Virus record (IMG/VR): IMGVR_UViG_3300044646_001937
Location: 62,001 to 126,000 of that record
Strand: one strand, 5' to 3'
DNA length: 64,000 nt
In this document: positions 10,943-20,873 of the stretch, one piece after another
Layout: each line of letters opens with the position of its first letter
Numbering within the stretch: the first letter of the stretch is position 1
Program-made: the position numbers and the translations under genes
The notes under the pieces: model-generated
Told to the model about the DNA's origin: nothing
Seen by the model: only the letters and a program-made list of their open reading frames with translations
Database searches by the model: none

Positions 10943-12570
10943 TGAGTACCGATTATAATGGATTAACAAGAAACGTGTGGCCCGGTACATGGAGTACAGG
11001 GACTAACTCGCCTATTGCGCTAGACACAGAACTAAGAGGAACATTACAGAGCATAAGTGGAGATTCTGGAGATAGACTTACAGACATTCCTGGTGCAAGG
11101 CTTACAGAAGGTATGCTTGTCTATGTAAAGACAGGTTATACCGCAGGGCTTACAACAAGATCAGGTGATAGCTATTATAAATATAATCTTTTAAACGGAG
11201 AATCTAGAAGTGCTGTTACGGGCGCAATGCCTAACGCAGAAGCCAACTGGACAGAGGCATCTTTTGGTGGAGGCGGTGGAACCAACGGTGCCACAGGCGC
11301 TACTGGAGCACAGGGTGCTACAGGAACTGGAGATCGTTATAGAACAACATCCTTTACACCGCTGACAATTGGTGATGGTCTATATGGTACGCAAACCATG
11401 CAGGTAGAGACTGGCTTAGCTTTTACAGCAAATCAGTCAATTATAGTTAATGATGCGCTAAATACAATTAACTACATGGTGGGTAAAGTCATTAGCTATA
11501 ATGCTGTTGACGGTACTCTTGTAATGATGGTTGAAAGTCATTACGGTAGCGGGGCAACAGGAAGCTGGGATGTTAACCTAGCTGGTGTGCAACCTGGAGA
11601 AGGAGGTGCAACAGGAGCTACAGGAGCTCCTGGCATTGGTGGAGTTGAATGGCAGACAGTTAGCACAAATTATACATTAACTAGTAACTCTTGGATATCT
11701 GCAGATACAACTGCGGGAGGCATAACTTTAACACTACCAGCGTCTCCATCATCAGGAGATGCTATATGGATTCAGGACATATCTAACTCATGGGAAATTC
11801 ATCCTGTTGTATTAACTACCAACAACACTGTAGATATTTACGGATATAATGAAGACCTTTCATTAAACGTTGAAGACAGTCTGGTGTTACTTACATATGT
11901 AGGTGGAAATGTTGGTTGGGATGTTAAAAATATTTCAGGTGACTATAATCTTAGCTATTTAATTGGAGCAACAGGTGCTACTGGAAGCAGAGGACCTACA
12001 GGCTTGACTGGAGTAGCAGGATCTACAGGGGCGACAGGAGTTGTAGGGACAACTGGAGCAACAGGATCTGTAGGTCCAACAGGCTTAACGGGAATTACGG
12101 GACCTACTGGTGCTACTGGAGTTGGATTTGAATCTGGCGCTCTACCTAATCCTGTTATTGAAAATTTAGATTTAACTAGTTTAAATTTTCATGTATCTTC
12201 TTTTAATAATTCATTATATCTTAAAAACAACCAAATTTATTTCGTAAATGTAAATGGCGGCGATCCTACTGCTGACGTTAATTTAAATATTGTTGGAGAC
12301 GCCAACACTTCTTTAAACAGTCTTTTGTCTGTAGGTAAAACTATAACTTTTAGCGTAATGGTTGCGAATAATTCAAACGCAGGAATTTCAACTATTCGCA
12401 ATATTCTTGTAGATAATGGTGATAGTGGATTAAATGTTACAGTAAGATGGTTTAACACCACGTGGACAGGTGCAGCAGGTTTAGATGTGTACAGTTTTAC
12501 TGTATTAAAAATTGGTGAAAACCAGTTTGAGGTATTTGGAAGTATTCAAAATGCACAGGAAGTGGTATAG
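10942..12570 (+). CDS. modular collagen/fibre protein
   Basis: ATG overlaps upstream TAA (TAATG); contains the DRYRTTS module, the gp34-like module and GATG tracts. Confidence 0.7.
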   Translation: MSTDYNGLTRNVWPGTWSTGTNSPIALDTELRGTLQSISGDSGDRLTDIPGARLTEGMLVYVKTGYTAGLTTRSGDSYYKYNLLNGESRSAVTGAMPNAEANWTEASFGGGGGTNGATGATGAQGATGTGDRYRTTSFTPLTIGDGLYGTQTMQVETGLAFTANQSIIVNDALNTINYMVGKVISYNAVDGTLVMMVESHYGSGATGSWDVNLAGVQPGEGGATGATGAPGIGGVEWQTVSTNYTLTSNSWISADTTAGGITLTLPASPSSGDAIWIQDISNSWEIHPVVLTTNNTVDIYGYNEDLSLNVEDSLVLLTYVGGNVGWDVKNISGDYNLSYLIGATGATGSRGPTGLTGVAGSTGATGVVGTTGATGSVGPTGLTGITGPTGATGVGFESGALPNPVIENLDLTSLNFHVSSFNNSLYLKNNQIYFVNVNGGDPTADVNLNIVGDANTSLNSLLSVGKTITFSVMVANNSNAGISTIRNILVDNGDSGLNVTVRWFNTTWTGAAGLDVYSFTVLKIGENQFEVFGSIQNAQEVV

Positions 12571-12573
12571 TTT

Positions 12574-13824
12574 ATGCCTTTAATCACAACCATAGGAGCT
12601 TCGACTAGAAGGGGGTTTGATTTTGTTCTTCCTCCTAACGTTCCTGTATTGTGGTACGATAACGGCGTACTTGCTCAGGGAGCTGCGTATAATTTACAGG
12701 GAGACGGACTATATCATAATTATATAAACGGAGTAGATCAGGGCACATATACTGGCGCTTATCAAATTAATGGGGTATGGAATAGAATACTATTTGGTAA
12801 TGTAGACTCGTATGTAAACGGTTATTACAATTTAGACGGTAATTCTAAATGGTATTACGAAGGAAATGCTGCAAATGGTTATATAGCAAATTTGCCTCAA
12901 CTGGCTATCACAATAGAAGGCGATGGCAGCTCTTATTACGTCCCTACGTCAATACTTAGCGGGTGGCATTATTTTACCGACGGCGTGGACAATGGTTCTA
13001 TATCAGGAGAACACAATGTAGATGGGCAAGGTAACAAATATTTTAAAGACGGAGGTTTGTTCAACGGCAATAAAATTAACAATGATAACCTATGGCATTA
13101 TTACCTTGATGGTGTTGAAAGCGGGTTAACTAATAATGTTGAGTTTACTGATTATAATTCAACAGATCCTTACCCTATACCGGTAATTTTAATTAACGGC
13201 AGTGTACCTACAGCAGTAAATACCACCAGCAGCAGTTCTCCTGATGCGGTACCTGTACTTGTAATTAAGGGAGCACTAATTTCAGGAAATTATTATATTG
13301 CAGATTATTCGTTTGCAGCTCAAACATTTAGAGGCTATTTAAATTACACTGGATCATCAAATGTAGGAGGCTTATTTACGTTTAATAATGGCGTTTGCGC
13401 TGGCGCAGTATATGGTTGGAGTACATCTATAAATGCTGCTTGGTTTGGCACTGAAACATTCTTTTTTAGAGATGGTCAAATGTTGGATGATATAATTTAT
13501 AATATTGGTAATGTTCTATATTTTACTGGTGTTAGTTTAGAATATGGGTTTGCTTTAGATGAAGCTCAGGCAATAGAGGGGTATAACGCAACTTACGCTA
13601 ACCCGGATTTACAGGGAATTTATGATGTGTATGCACCCTTATCTAAAAAACTGTATTTTATTAATGCGTCCGGTGCGCTTGGTTCCAAAGGCTGTCAGCA
13701 ACTTGTAGTAACAGATATTATTGGCCTTACTAGTATTGATTATTACTGTGTTGGAGACTATGGAGAAGTTCTTGCGCGTAGTTACTATTATGATACATCA
13801 GCGTGTAACTCATGCGCATCTTAA
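12574..13824 (+). CDS. aromatic YYxxG-repeat protein (putative receptor/glycan-binding appendage)
   Basis: Repeated LYHNYING, WYYEG, WHYFTDG, WHYYLDG. Confidence 0.55.
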   Translation: MPLITTIGASTRRGFDFVLPPNVPVLWYDNGVLAQGAAYNLQGDGLYHNYINGVDQGTYTGAYQINGVWNRILFGNVDSYVNGYYNLDGNSKWYYEGNAANGYIANLPQLAITIEGDGSSYYVPTSILSGWHYFTDGVDNGSISGEHNVDGQGNKYFKDGGLFNGNKINNDNLWHYYLDGVESGLTNNVEFTDYNSTDPYPIPVILINGSVPTAVNTTSSSSPDAVPVLVIKGALISGNYYIADYSFAAQTFRGYLNYTGSSNVGGLFTFNNGVCAGAVYGWSTSINAAWFGTETFFFRDGQMLDDIIYNIGNVLYFTGVSLEYGFALDEAQAIEGYNATYANPDLQGIYDVYAPLSKKLYFINASGALGSKGCQQLVVTDIIGLTSIDYYCVGDYGEVLARSYYYDTSACNSCAS

Positions 13825-13836
13825 TCTATTAAAGCA

Positions 13837-15279
13837 ATGAAATATTTATCTGGAATTAAACCAACTTTAATAGGTGACAGAGGTAGAGATGTTGTATTGA
13901 GTAGTTCGTTAACTCATGTTAAATACGCTTATGCAGGAGACGTTGGCTCTGAAAATCTTGTAGCTTTTAATAGCTTTGCTCCTGGCGCAATAGCTAAAGC
14001 TGGCGGCATCTTTACTGGAAGTACAACTTTAAAAACACTAGCAGGTACATTGATAACTGCTTCGTCTAGCAGCGGTATAGTTACCATCAACATGGCCTTT
14101 GGTAACTTTTTTAAACTTGTACTCACTGAGAACGTCGTAGGTTTTGATATAATTAACATTCCTCCTGAGGCTGCGATGTTCACTTTAATCATCGAGCAAG
14201 ACTTGGTTACAAATAGATCTGTGGCATGGGTATTTAATCAAGGTACTATAAAATGGGAAAATGCTACTCCTGTAGATGTGACGAGTACTCGCACAAATTT
14301 AGATGTGTTTTCATTTAAAACGATAAATTCTGGCAGTGTCTGGTATGCTAAAGCTAATGGTCAAAATTTTGAAGGGGTAGGTACTAGCAATCCTTCTGAT
14401 GGCACTATTTTGAGTTATGAGACATTATATATTGAAATTGATAATGTTTCTTACACTAACGGAAGCAGAGAAATTCTAGCTGATGGGTTGGGGGGCACTA
14501 GACCTGGGAATGATAACTATCCTGCAACATATCCTGGAGAAGGTGCGACTCTTTTTAAGGAAGCTGCACATGCTCAGTTGTACGTGGAAGAATGTGATAG
14601 CTATTTTGATAATGGTAGTACTTTGTGGGGGTCTGATGGATCAGGAGGTTATTTAACAATTGATCAGTATCCACCATCTACTAGTACTGCTTTATGTTCT
14701 GCGGATAGCAATCAAACATTTTTTAATAACAGCATTAAAGTTGGTACGCAAGAAGTTTATCCAGACGGTATTGGAGGATACGATCTAGGTTCTGTGATCT
14801 ATATCACCTCTGATTATTTAGGAACTTATGCAAATAACGACCCATTTGAATTTGTTAATAATAGCTGGTATAGTACAGATGCTCCCCCTACTTCTACCGG
14901 TAAAGGCACTTTTGGATTATTTCAAACTATAGGAGGTAGTGGTAATTTTTATACAAATAATTCTTATGACTCAGCTACTACTTCATTAGGTTCATGTAAC
15001 TGGACTTTAGGATATTCTTTAACGGCAGAAACTATTATAGTTTCTGCAGACTATAAAGCTGACGGAAACGGAAAGGTTTATTTAGACTGTGGCAAAAATA
15101 CCGGGGACATAGTGTATACAGAAACCATACCTTGTGATGCTTACAGTGGCTATCCTTGCAATGGCGATTACAGCGGATATCAGATTACTTATAAATTTGA
15201 TCTTAACGCTTGGACGTCATCTAGTATTGCAGGTAACGGGCAAGGTTATTTTACTATTGAGGGTGTTAGAACAGCTTAA
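13837..15279 (+). CDS. tail fibre-associated protein
   Basis: N-terminal ~180 aa paralogous to 15341..15880 (GG.FTG...GN.F.L..TE.V...IKW...D.....T...G). Confidence 0.6.
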   Translation: MKYLSGIKPTLIGDRGRDVVLSSSLTHVKYAYAGDVGSENLVAFNSFAPGAIAKAGGIFTGSTTLKTLAGTLITASSSSGIVTINMAFGNFFKLVLTENVVGFDIINIPPEAAMFTLIIEQDLVTNRSVAWVFNQGTIKWENATPVDVTSTRTNLDVFSFKTINSGSVWYAKANGQNFEGVGTSNPSDGTILSYETLYIEIDNVSYTNGSREILADGLGGTRPGNDNYPATYPGEGATLFKEAAHAQLYVEECDSYFDNGSTLWGSDGSGGYLTIDQYPPSTSTALCSADSNQTFFNNSIKVGTQEVYPDGIGGYDLGSVIYITSDYLGTYANNDPFEFVNNSWYSTDAPPTSTGKGTFGLFQTIGGSGNFYTNNSYDSATTSLGSCNWTLGYSLTAETIIVSADYKADGNGKVYLDCGKNTGDIVYTETIPCDAYSGYPCNGDYSGYQITYKFDLNAWTSSSIAGNGQGYFTIEGVRTA

Positions 15280-15340
15280 TTTATGTTAAACCTTGGTTTT
15301 TGCATAAATTAACTTATAATAGGTATTATCGTTAGCGTAT

Positions 15341-15880
15341 ATGAAACAACTCAATACATTAAAACCTAGATTTAAAGGACCTTCAGGTAAAGAAGTTCTA
15401 TTGCGGACTAGTGTGAGTCATCTGCAATGGATGCTTCAGGGTGATACTGACTGGCAAAATCTGGCTTCTCTGGATGAGTTGGCTCCTAATAAGATGTCTA
15501 AGACGGGAGGAGTTTTTACAGGACCTATTCAAGTTAGAAGTATTGTGGAAACTATTGCTATAGTGTCTATCTATACAGGAACTGCTGTATTTGACATGTC
15601 GGTAGGTAATGTTTTTAATTTGCAAATGACTGAAGACGTTTCTGCTCTGGATATCGGAAATATCCCTTCTGGAGATGTAGTTTCTTTTACGCTACTAGTC
15701 ACTCAAAATAATAGTGAAGCTAAAACACTAAATTGGGCAGGGTCTAATATACCTATTAAATGGCCTGGCAACGCTGCTCCCGTACTAACAACTGATATAG
15801 GTAAAACTGATATTTATACTCTTCTAACTATTGATCAGGGTGTTTCATTTTTTGGTTTTGTTAGCGGGCAGGTATATTAA
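15341..15880 (+). CDS. tail fibre-associated protein
   Basis: Paralog of the 13837 N-terminus; HLQWMLQGDTDWQNL motif. Confidence 0.6.
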   Translation: MKQLNTLKPRFKGPSGKEVLLRTSVSHLQWMLQGDTDWQNLASLDELAPNKMSKTGGVFTGPIQVRSIVETIAIVSIYTGTAVFDMSVGNVFNLQMTEDVSALDIGNIPSGDVVSFTLLVTQNNSEAKTLNWAGSNIPIKWPGNAAPVLTTDIGKTDIYTLLTIDQGVSFFGFVSGQVY

Positions 15881-15892
15881 TTTAACATAACT

Positions 15893-16984
15893 ATGTTAGG
15901 CTTTTCTTTTTCAGCTTTAGCGGGACATAAAGAGCCTATAGTTAGGGTGACTAGCTTGGCTAATCCTCCTGCTCCAGATCCTGATGGATTGCCTGTTTTG
16001 CAGAATGTGGTTGTATCGGGAACAACAACAACTCAAACGTATGTAACCTGGACGCTAGGCACAGACGACGATGCAGGAGTTACTATTTGCCATGTACAAT
16101 GCTATAGCTCTCAAGTGGAGGGGGTTTCTAATATTTATGTAACCTCTAAGACAGGAAGAATTACAGCACTTGTCGACTCTTTAACTCCTGGAACTACATA
16201 CACAGCAAAAGTAAGTGCTATAAGATACGCATCAGGAGGCGCGGAATATTCTTCAGATGGTTGGGCGTATTCAAATTCGTTTTTAACTTTGAGCGTACCT
16301 AGTGATTTTACGGGACTCAAAGACAGTGTGTGGTATATAAACGGTGAACCAGCTGCAGGTTTATCTAATACAGGTACTGGCGTATATAATGGAGAATATT
16401 ATATACAGGGAAATGCTACCGGATTTCAATATGTTCCTAGTTTAGGCTGGTGCGGTATATGGGCGGGTTTGACATACATTGGAGGAAATGTCGCGAACGG
16501 ACGGTATTATTGCTCTAGCTGCACTCCTGAGCAACTTTGGTTTGTAAATGGTGGCCCAATACAGAATTTATATTTTGTGAATGGAGTAGCAATAGATTAT
16601 ACTCTCGCTACAGCAGCAAGCGGTACGGGTAGTTTTGGCGGTGTTTATTATAGTAATTGGCAGCCATACACAGGATCTGTAAATGGCACATATTATAACT
16701 ATGGGCAATCTACAACCTTGGATTCTTCAGGCTCAGGCACTGTATCAAATGGAGATACCTCATTGTATTATGTAAATGGACAAAAATTTACAGGCCAAAA
16801 TACTTCATCAGGGATATTTTACATTAATGGGGTCGCTACAGATCTAGGTCCTGACGGTACAGGTGTTGTGGATGGTAAATACTATTATGGTGGTATGTAT
16901 GTGGGCGAAGTGGCAAATCCTTACGATTCAGGCCAAACATCCAGTCAGGGTAGCAGGTTTAGCGCAGGAGTTACTTACGCTTAA
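15893..16984 (+). CDS. FN3-like domain plus YYxNG repeat protein
   Basis: VTWT...SLTPGTTYTAKVSA FN3-like signature; repeats WYING, YYIQG, YFVNG, YYVNG, FYING. Confidence 0.6.
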   Translation: MLGFSFSALAGHKEPIVRVTSLANPPAPDPDGLPVLQNVVVSGTTTTQTYVTWTLGTDDDAGVTICHVQCYSSQVEGVSNIYVTSKTGRITALVDSLTPGTTYTAKVSAIRYASGGAEYSSDGWAYSNSFLTLSVPSDFTGLKDSVWYINGEPAAGLSNTGTGVYNGEYYIQGNATGFQYVPSLGWCGIWAGLTYIGGNVANGRYYCSSCTPEQLWFVNGGPIQNLYFVNGVAIDYTLATAASGTGSFGGVYYSNWQPYTGSVNGTYYNYGQSTTLDSSGSGTVSNGDTSLYYVNGQKFTGQNTSSGIFYINGVATDLGPDGTGVVDGKYYYGGMYVGEVANPYDSGQTSSQGSRFSAGVTYA

Positions 16985-16985
16985 T

Positions 16986-18053
16986 ATGATTACTGAAAAA
17001 TATATACTAGATAAAATAGCGTTTTGCTTTGCCAGGCCTAAAGATCTAACAGTCTTTTTTGCTATAATTGATCCTGATGTTTGGCCTGGAGAACCACCTG
17101 ATTTAAATCTACCTAAAGACAAAGATCTCATATGGAGTGAGCCTGTTAATGGAGTTTATTTGATCAACTTGCCGCTGATGGCCATGTTTAAACCTAAGCT
17201 TACTAGCATTGAGGAATTGTTTTTAGAAATTATTGATGCTGGTTTTAAAATTCAATCCAATAGATTCACTGTTCCATCTAAGTCAGCTTTACTTTCTATT
17301 ACCCCCATCACAGACAAACCATCTATAGCCGTAGTAAGTATGTTTTCTCCTAAAGGGCTACGCAACTATTGGGAACAGTTTTTAATTGATACTTTGCTGC
17401 CTGAAGACGTTTGCGTAGATGTGATATTTGGAGACAATACAGTCAGCGATGATGTTAAAGTTTGGTTTGATGGGTTTAAAGACAGGATGTCTGAAAAATA
17501 CCATAAGGTATACAGAATAGACCTAGGTGCCGCACACAGTTTTCAAGATGACATTAACTATCTTGAGACAAATAAACATGCACACGTAGCTAGAACATAC
17601 TCTAAGTTTATTGGTCAACTAGTAGATCATTACGATTATATTTTAAAAGTGGAAGATGATATGGAGCCTACCCCGGACGGGTTATTGCGATTGTACACGC
17701 ACATGAAAACGCTTAAAAGCAACAATCCAAAGATTGCTTCTGTGGCTGGTTATTACCCACAAAAAATGGATCCTACTACCGCTTGCATAAGCATGCAGCC
17801 AAAGGTTTGGGGTAAAATTCCTAAAATAAAAAATATCAAACCAAAACTATTTAGAGTAGAGATGCAGGGAGGGGGATTTACTCTATACAATACTGAAGCA
17901 CTTAAAAAAGTTCTTCCATACAGACTAGTTTTTAAAACGCTTTCAGGTAATTTTTATATGACAGGTTGGGACGGATATATCGGTGAAGAGTGGTCTAAGC
18001 TTGGGTGGAGGCAGTATTGCGACGGATCAATACTCTGTAACCATCATTATTAG
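16986..18053 (+). CDS. GT-A fold glycosyltransferase-like protein
   Basis: YDYILKVEDD acidic motif and GGGFTLY; ATG at 16986 after TAAT. Confidence 0.55.
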   Translation: MITEKYILDKIAFCFARPKDLTVFFAIIDPDVWPGEPPDLNLPKDKDLIWSEPVNGVYLINLPLMAMFKPKLTSIEELFLEIIDAGFKIQSNRFTVPSKSALLSITPITDKPSIAVVSMFSPKGLRNYWEQFLIDTLLPEDVCVDVIFGDNTVSDDVKVWFDGFKDRMSEKYHKVYRIDLGAAHSFQDDINYLETNKHAHVARTYSKFIGQLVDHYDYILKVEDDMEPTPDGLLRLYTHMKTLKSNNPKIASVAGYYPQKMDPTTACISMQPKVWGKIPKIKNIKPKLFRVEMQGGGFTLYNTEALKKVLPYRLVFKTLSGNFYMTGWDGYIGEEWSKLGWRQYCDGSILCNHHY

Positions 18054-18084
18054 GGAAGGCGGATTAAAAAATATTATAGTGTTC

Positions 18085-18113
18085 TCGATTTTTTGTTCTG
18101 TTTGCGTTATAAT
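18085..18113 (+). promoter_or_regulatory. sigma70-like promoter
   Basis: TCGATT-17-TATAAT in intergenic gap. Confidence 0.5.
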
Positions 18114-18139
18114 AAATGTATCGCAACACAACAAAATAG

Positions 18140-19270
18140 ATGAATAACTATATACTTAAGCCAGATAAAATAGCTAAAGAATTTGAGGACGATCCTTCTA
18201 GTGTAAGAGGCATTGCAGCTAGATTGACTTATTGCGGAAGAAACACAGGCAACCTGGTTTATTACAAAGGTATTGAGTCTGTACTCTCACAGGACATACC
18301 TGTAGCAGATTGGTTTGATGTCCCTAAAGACGCAGATAATTTAATATTACCTGCAGCAAATCAACTAGGTAGACATACTAACTTAGGAGCGATAGCTAAG
18401 TTATGGGAAGGGTTAGACAAAAATGTAGTCACACTTGGGTTGGGAGTACAATGCAGAACAATACAAGATCTTATAATCACTGACGGTACAAGAAAGTGGT
18501 TAGATTTTTTAGTTAAAAAAGCTGCAGGCAAAAAGTCTTTTCTAGGTGTAAGAGGTAAGACTACTGAGAAGGTAATCAATGATATCTACGGCTACGAGGC
18601 AGCAAGGGTCTGCGGTTGTCCTTCTCAGTTTATTTCTACTCCTGAATTTATACTAAGTAATATAAAGAACAGGCTTGATAAGCCTCTACTGAGTTTGAGC
18701 GTTAATTCTGCCGAGCCAGGCTTAAGAATGTTTGATAAATATACTACAGCATTAATAAATGAAATCATTAAATATGATGGGAGTTATATGCTACAAGCTC
18801 CCGAGCATAGTCTAGTGAGGATACTTAGGAAAAGCGTGGATGAAGATTTAAGCGAAGGTAAATTGGATTTTGATCCTAAAGATTTACACAACATAGACTG
18901 TTCTAATTTCTTTAGAAATAAAGCGACAGCTTTTTTCAATATGGGTGAATGGCAAGATATGCTGCATCGCTACGACTATAATATAGGCTTCAGAATACAT
19001 GGAACAATGTTTTCTCTAGCCTGTGGTGTTCCTTCCTTTTTGATCAATGTTGATGAACGTACTCGTGAGTTTGCTGAAACGATGATGCTTCCATATACAG
19101 AAGATTACAAAATTAGCGACATTGTAGGCTACGCTAAAGAAAGGATGATAAATCATGATTATGAGGGAATGTTAAAAAAGTGGAAAAGTAATGCTCAGAT
19201 GTTTAGGCAACTTATGGAAACTAACGAGATAGAGCTTTCTAAGCAATTTTTAACTTTTTGGTGCAATTAA
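18140..19270 (+). CDS. polysaccharide pyruvyltransferase family protein
   Basis: NTGN, GVRG..T, GCPS, GFRIHG motifs in family order. Confidence 0.8.
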   Translation: MNNYILKPDKIAKEFEDDPSSVRGIAARLTYCGRNTGNLVYYKGIESVLSQDIPVADWFDVPKDADNLILPAANQLGRHTNLGAIAKLWEGLDKNVVTLGLGVQCRTIQDLIITDGTRKWLDFLVKKAAGKKSFLGVRGKTTEKVINDIYGYEAARVCGCPSQFISTPEFILSNIKNRLDKPLLSLSVNSAEPGLRMFDKYTTALINEIIKYDGSYMLQAPEHSLVRILRKSVDEDLSEGKLDFDPKDLHNIDCSNFFRNKATAFFNMGEWQDMLHRYDYNIGFRIHGTMFSLACGVPSFLINVDERTREFAETMMLPYTEDYKISDIVGYAKERMINHDYEGMLKKWKSNAQMFRQLMETNEIELSKQFLTFWCN

Positions 19271-19274
19271 ATTT

Positions 19275-20813
19275 ATGGATAACTTATATTTACCGATACC
19301 AAAAGACTTTGTTGTATCTACATACAGAAAGTTAAATAAAGACATTCATGATTACAATGACATGGAGTGTCGAATACACTACATTGTTATAGGAAAAAAA
19401 GAAGGAAGGGCGTATAACATTAAAGATCTTCTGCCTGCAGATTTTCTGGCTGAATCATACGTGGAATATAATGTCGATCTTACTGGCATGTCTGAGCTGC
19501 AACTACAAGAGCACTATGTATTGCACGGCAAAAAAGAGCAAAGAATTTATTCTGTAGATTTACCTGACGATTTTGACGTTGAAGTGTATCGCTACATGAA
19601 TAGAGATATTTTTGATCAAACTGACGGATGGTTGAAGAGACACTATTATCAGCACGGGCAATACGAACAGCGTATATACTCTGATAGGCTGTACGATAAA
19701 TCTTTTTTTATTAATTACAATAATTTACATGAATCTGCCACATATGCAGATTATTTAAGTGATATTAGACAAATAAAATCTCAAGAGATTTTAGATATAA
19801 TCAACAGTACTCCTGACTTAGACGGTTATTTGCTGCTAGTGAGTCACGACAATTCAATTTACGGAGCTACTCATTATCTGTATTTATTGTTTGAATACCT
19901 CAGGTCTAAAAATTTTAAAGTAAAAATTTTAGATGCTGATTTTAACCCAATGCTTAAAGAAAAGTATGCAGTGAGTGATAGCGATATCTTATACTATAAA
20001 AAAGATGCTACGCTGCTATACCATATTTGCGTTAAAGCAAACCCTAGAAAAATATTTTTTAACTCTATGAGTTTCCCTATGGCGGAAGCTGCGAAATACC
20101 TTAATAGAGAAAGGTTAATAATTCACAGTCATGAAGTAAGACCTCACTATATATGTAGTTATCCTCCTGATTTCGTAGTAGCCAATACGATAGCTGAGCA
20201 ATATGAAGAATTACCTAAAGTACAACCTCCCATTATTTCTAATGAAACTTTAAAGCTGATAGACATCGAATTTGCTAAGCAGTCTTGTGTTAAAAATTAC
20301 TTAGGTGAACTGCAAACTGATAAAATTACTATAGGGATGTGTGGTAGTTTAACTACCAGAAAAAACTATAAGTTATTTATTGAGCTTGCTGAAAATTTAA
20401 AGCAGTTTAACTTTTTATGGGTAGGCGGGCATCAGGATGTTGGGGAAGATGTGGATAACTTTTACCATGTCAAAAACGTCGAGTTGCCTTACAGGTATTA
20501 CAATCTGATGGACTATTTTATACTTTGTTCTACAGAAGATCCTTGTCCTTATGTTGTACTGGAAAATCTTTATGTAGGTAATAAGGTTTTAACTTTTGAG
20601 AAAAACATATACACCAGACACGATAAAGTTTTTCTGACTGGACAGTTGTTTGAGTTCCCTGGCGAGATAAGCTATGAGAACGCCTACAAGCATATCGTAG
20701 CTAACTGCAAGAGTAAGAAGACCGCAGATACTCTAAATTACGGTAGGGATTATATTCTGAACAATTACGTTAATTTTAAACAGGAGTATCTTGCCACTTT
20801 GCTGCATACTTAA
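19275..20813 (+). CDS. GT4-type (GT-B) glycosyltransferase with three N-terminal repeats
   Basis: STEDPCPYVVLE..YVG acceptor/donor motif; three repeats of F....Y...N.D......HY...G..E.R. Confidence 0.7.
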   Translation: MDNLYLPIPKDFVVSTYRKLNKDIHDYNDMECRIHYIVIGKKEGRAYNIKDLLPADFLAESYVEYNVDLTGMSELQLQEHYVLHGKKEQRIYSVDLPDDFDVEVYRYMNRDIFDQTDGWLKRHYYQHGQYEQRIYSDRLYDKSFFINYNNLHESATYADYLSDIRQIKSQEILDIINSTPDLDGYLLLVSHDNSIYGATHYLYLLFEYLRSKNFKVKILDADFNPMLKEKYAVSDSDILYYKKDATLLYHICVKANPRKIFFNSMSFPMAEAAKYLNRERLIIHSHEVRPHYICSYPPDFVVANTIAEQYEELPKVQPPIISNETLKLIDIEFAKQSCVKNYLGELQTDKITIGMCGSLTTRKNYKLFIELAENLKQFNFLWVGGHQDVGEDVDNFYHVKNVELPYRYYNLMDYFILCSTEDPCPYVVLENLYVGNKVLTFEKNIYTRHDKVFLTGQLFEFPGEISYENAYKHIVANCKSKKTADTLNYGRDYILNNYVNFKQEYLATLLHT

Positions 20814-20873
20814 AGAAATTAATCTTGTGTAGCTTTTGAGTTTAACGGATACTGACCTATATAGATTCCTGAT

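Noticed and set aside
19174-19180. In-frame A_AAA_AAG in the pyruvyltransferase (another near 31314)
   Set aside because: Gene structure needs no shift here; this shows the heptamer alone is common in this genome.
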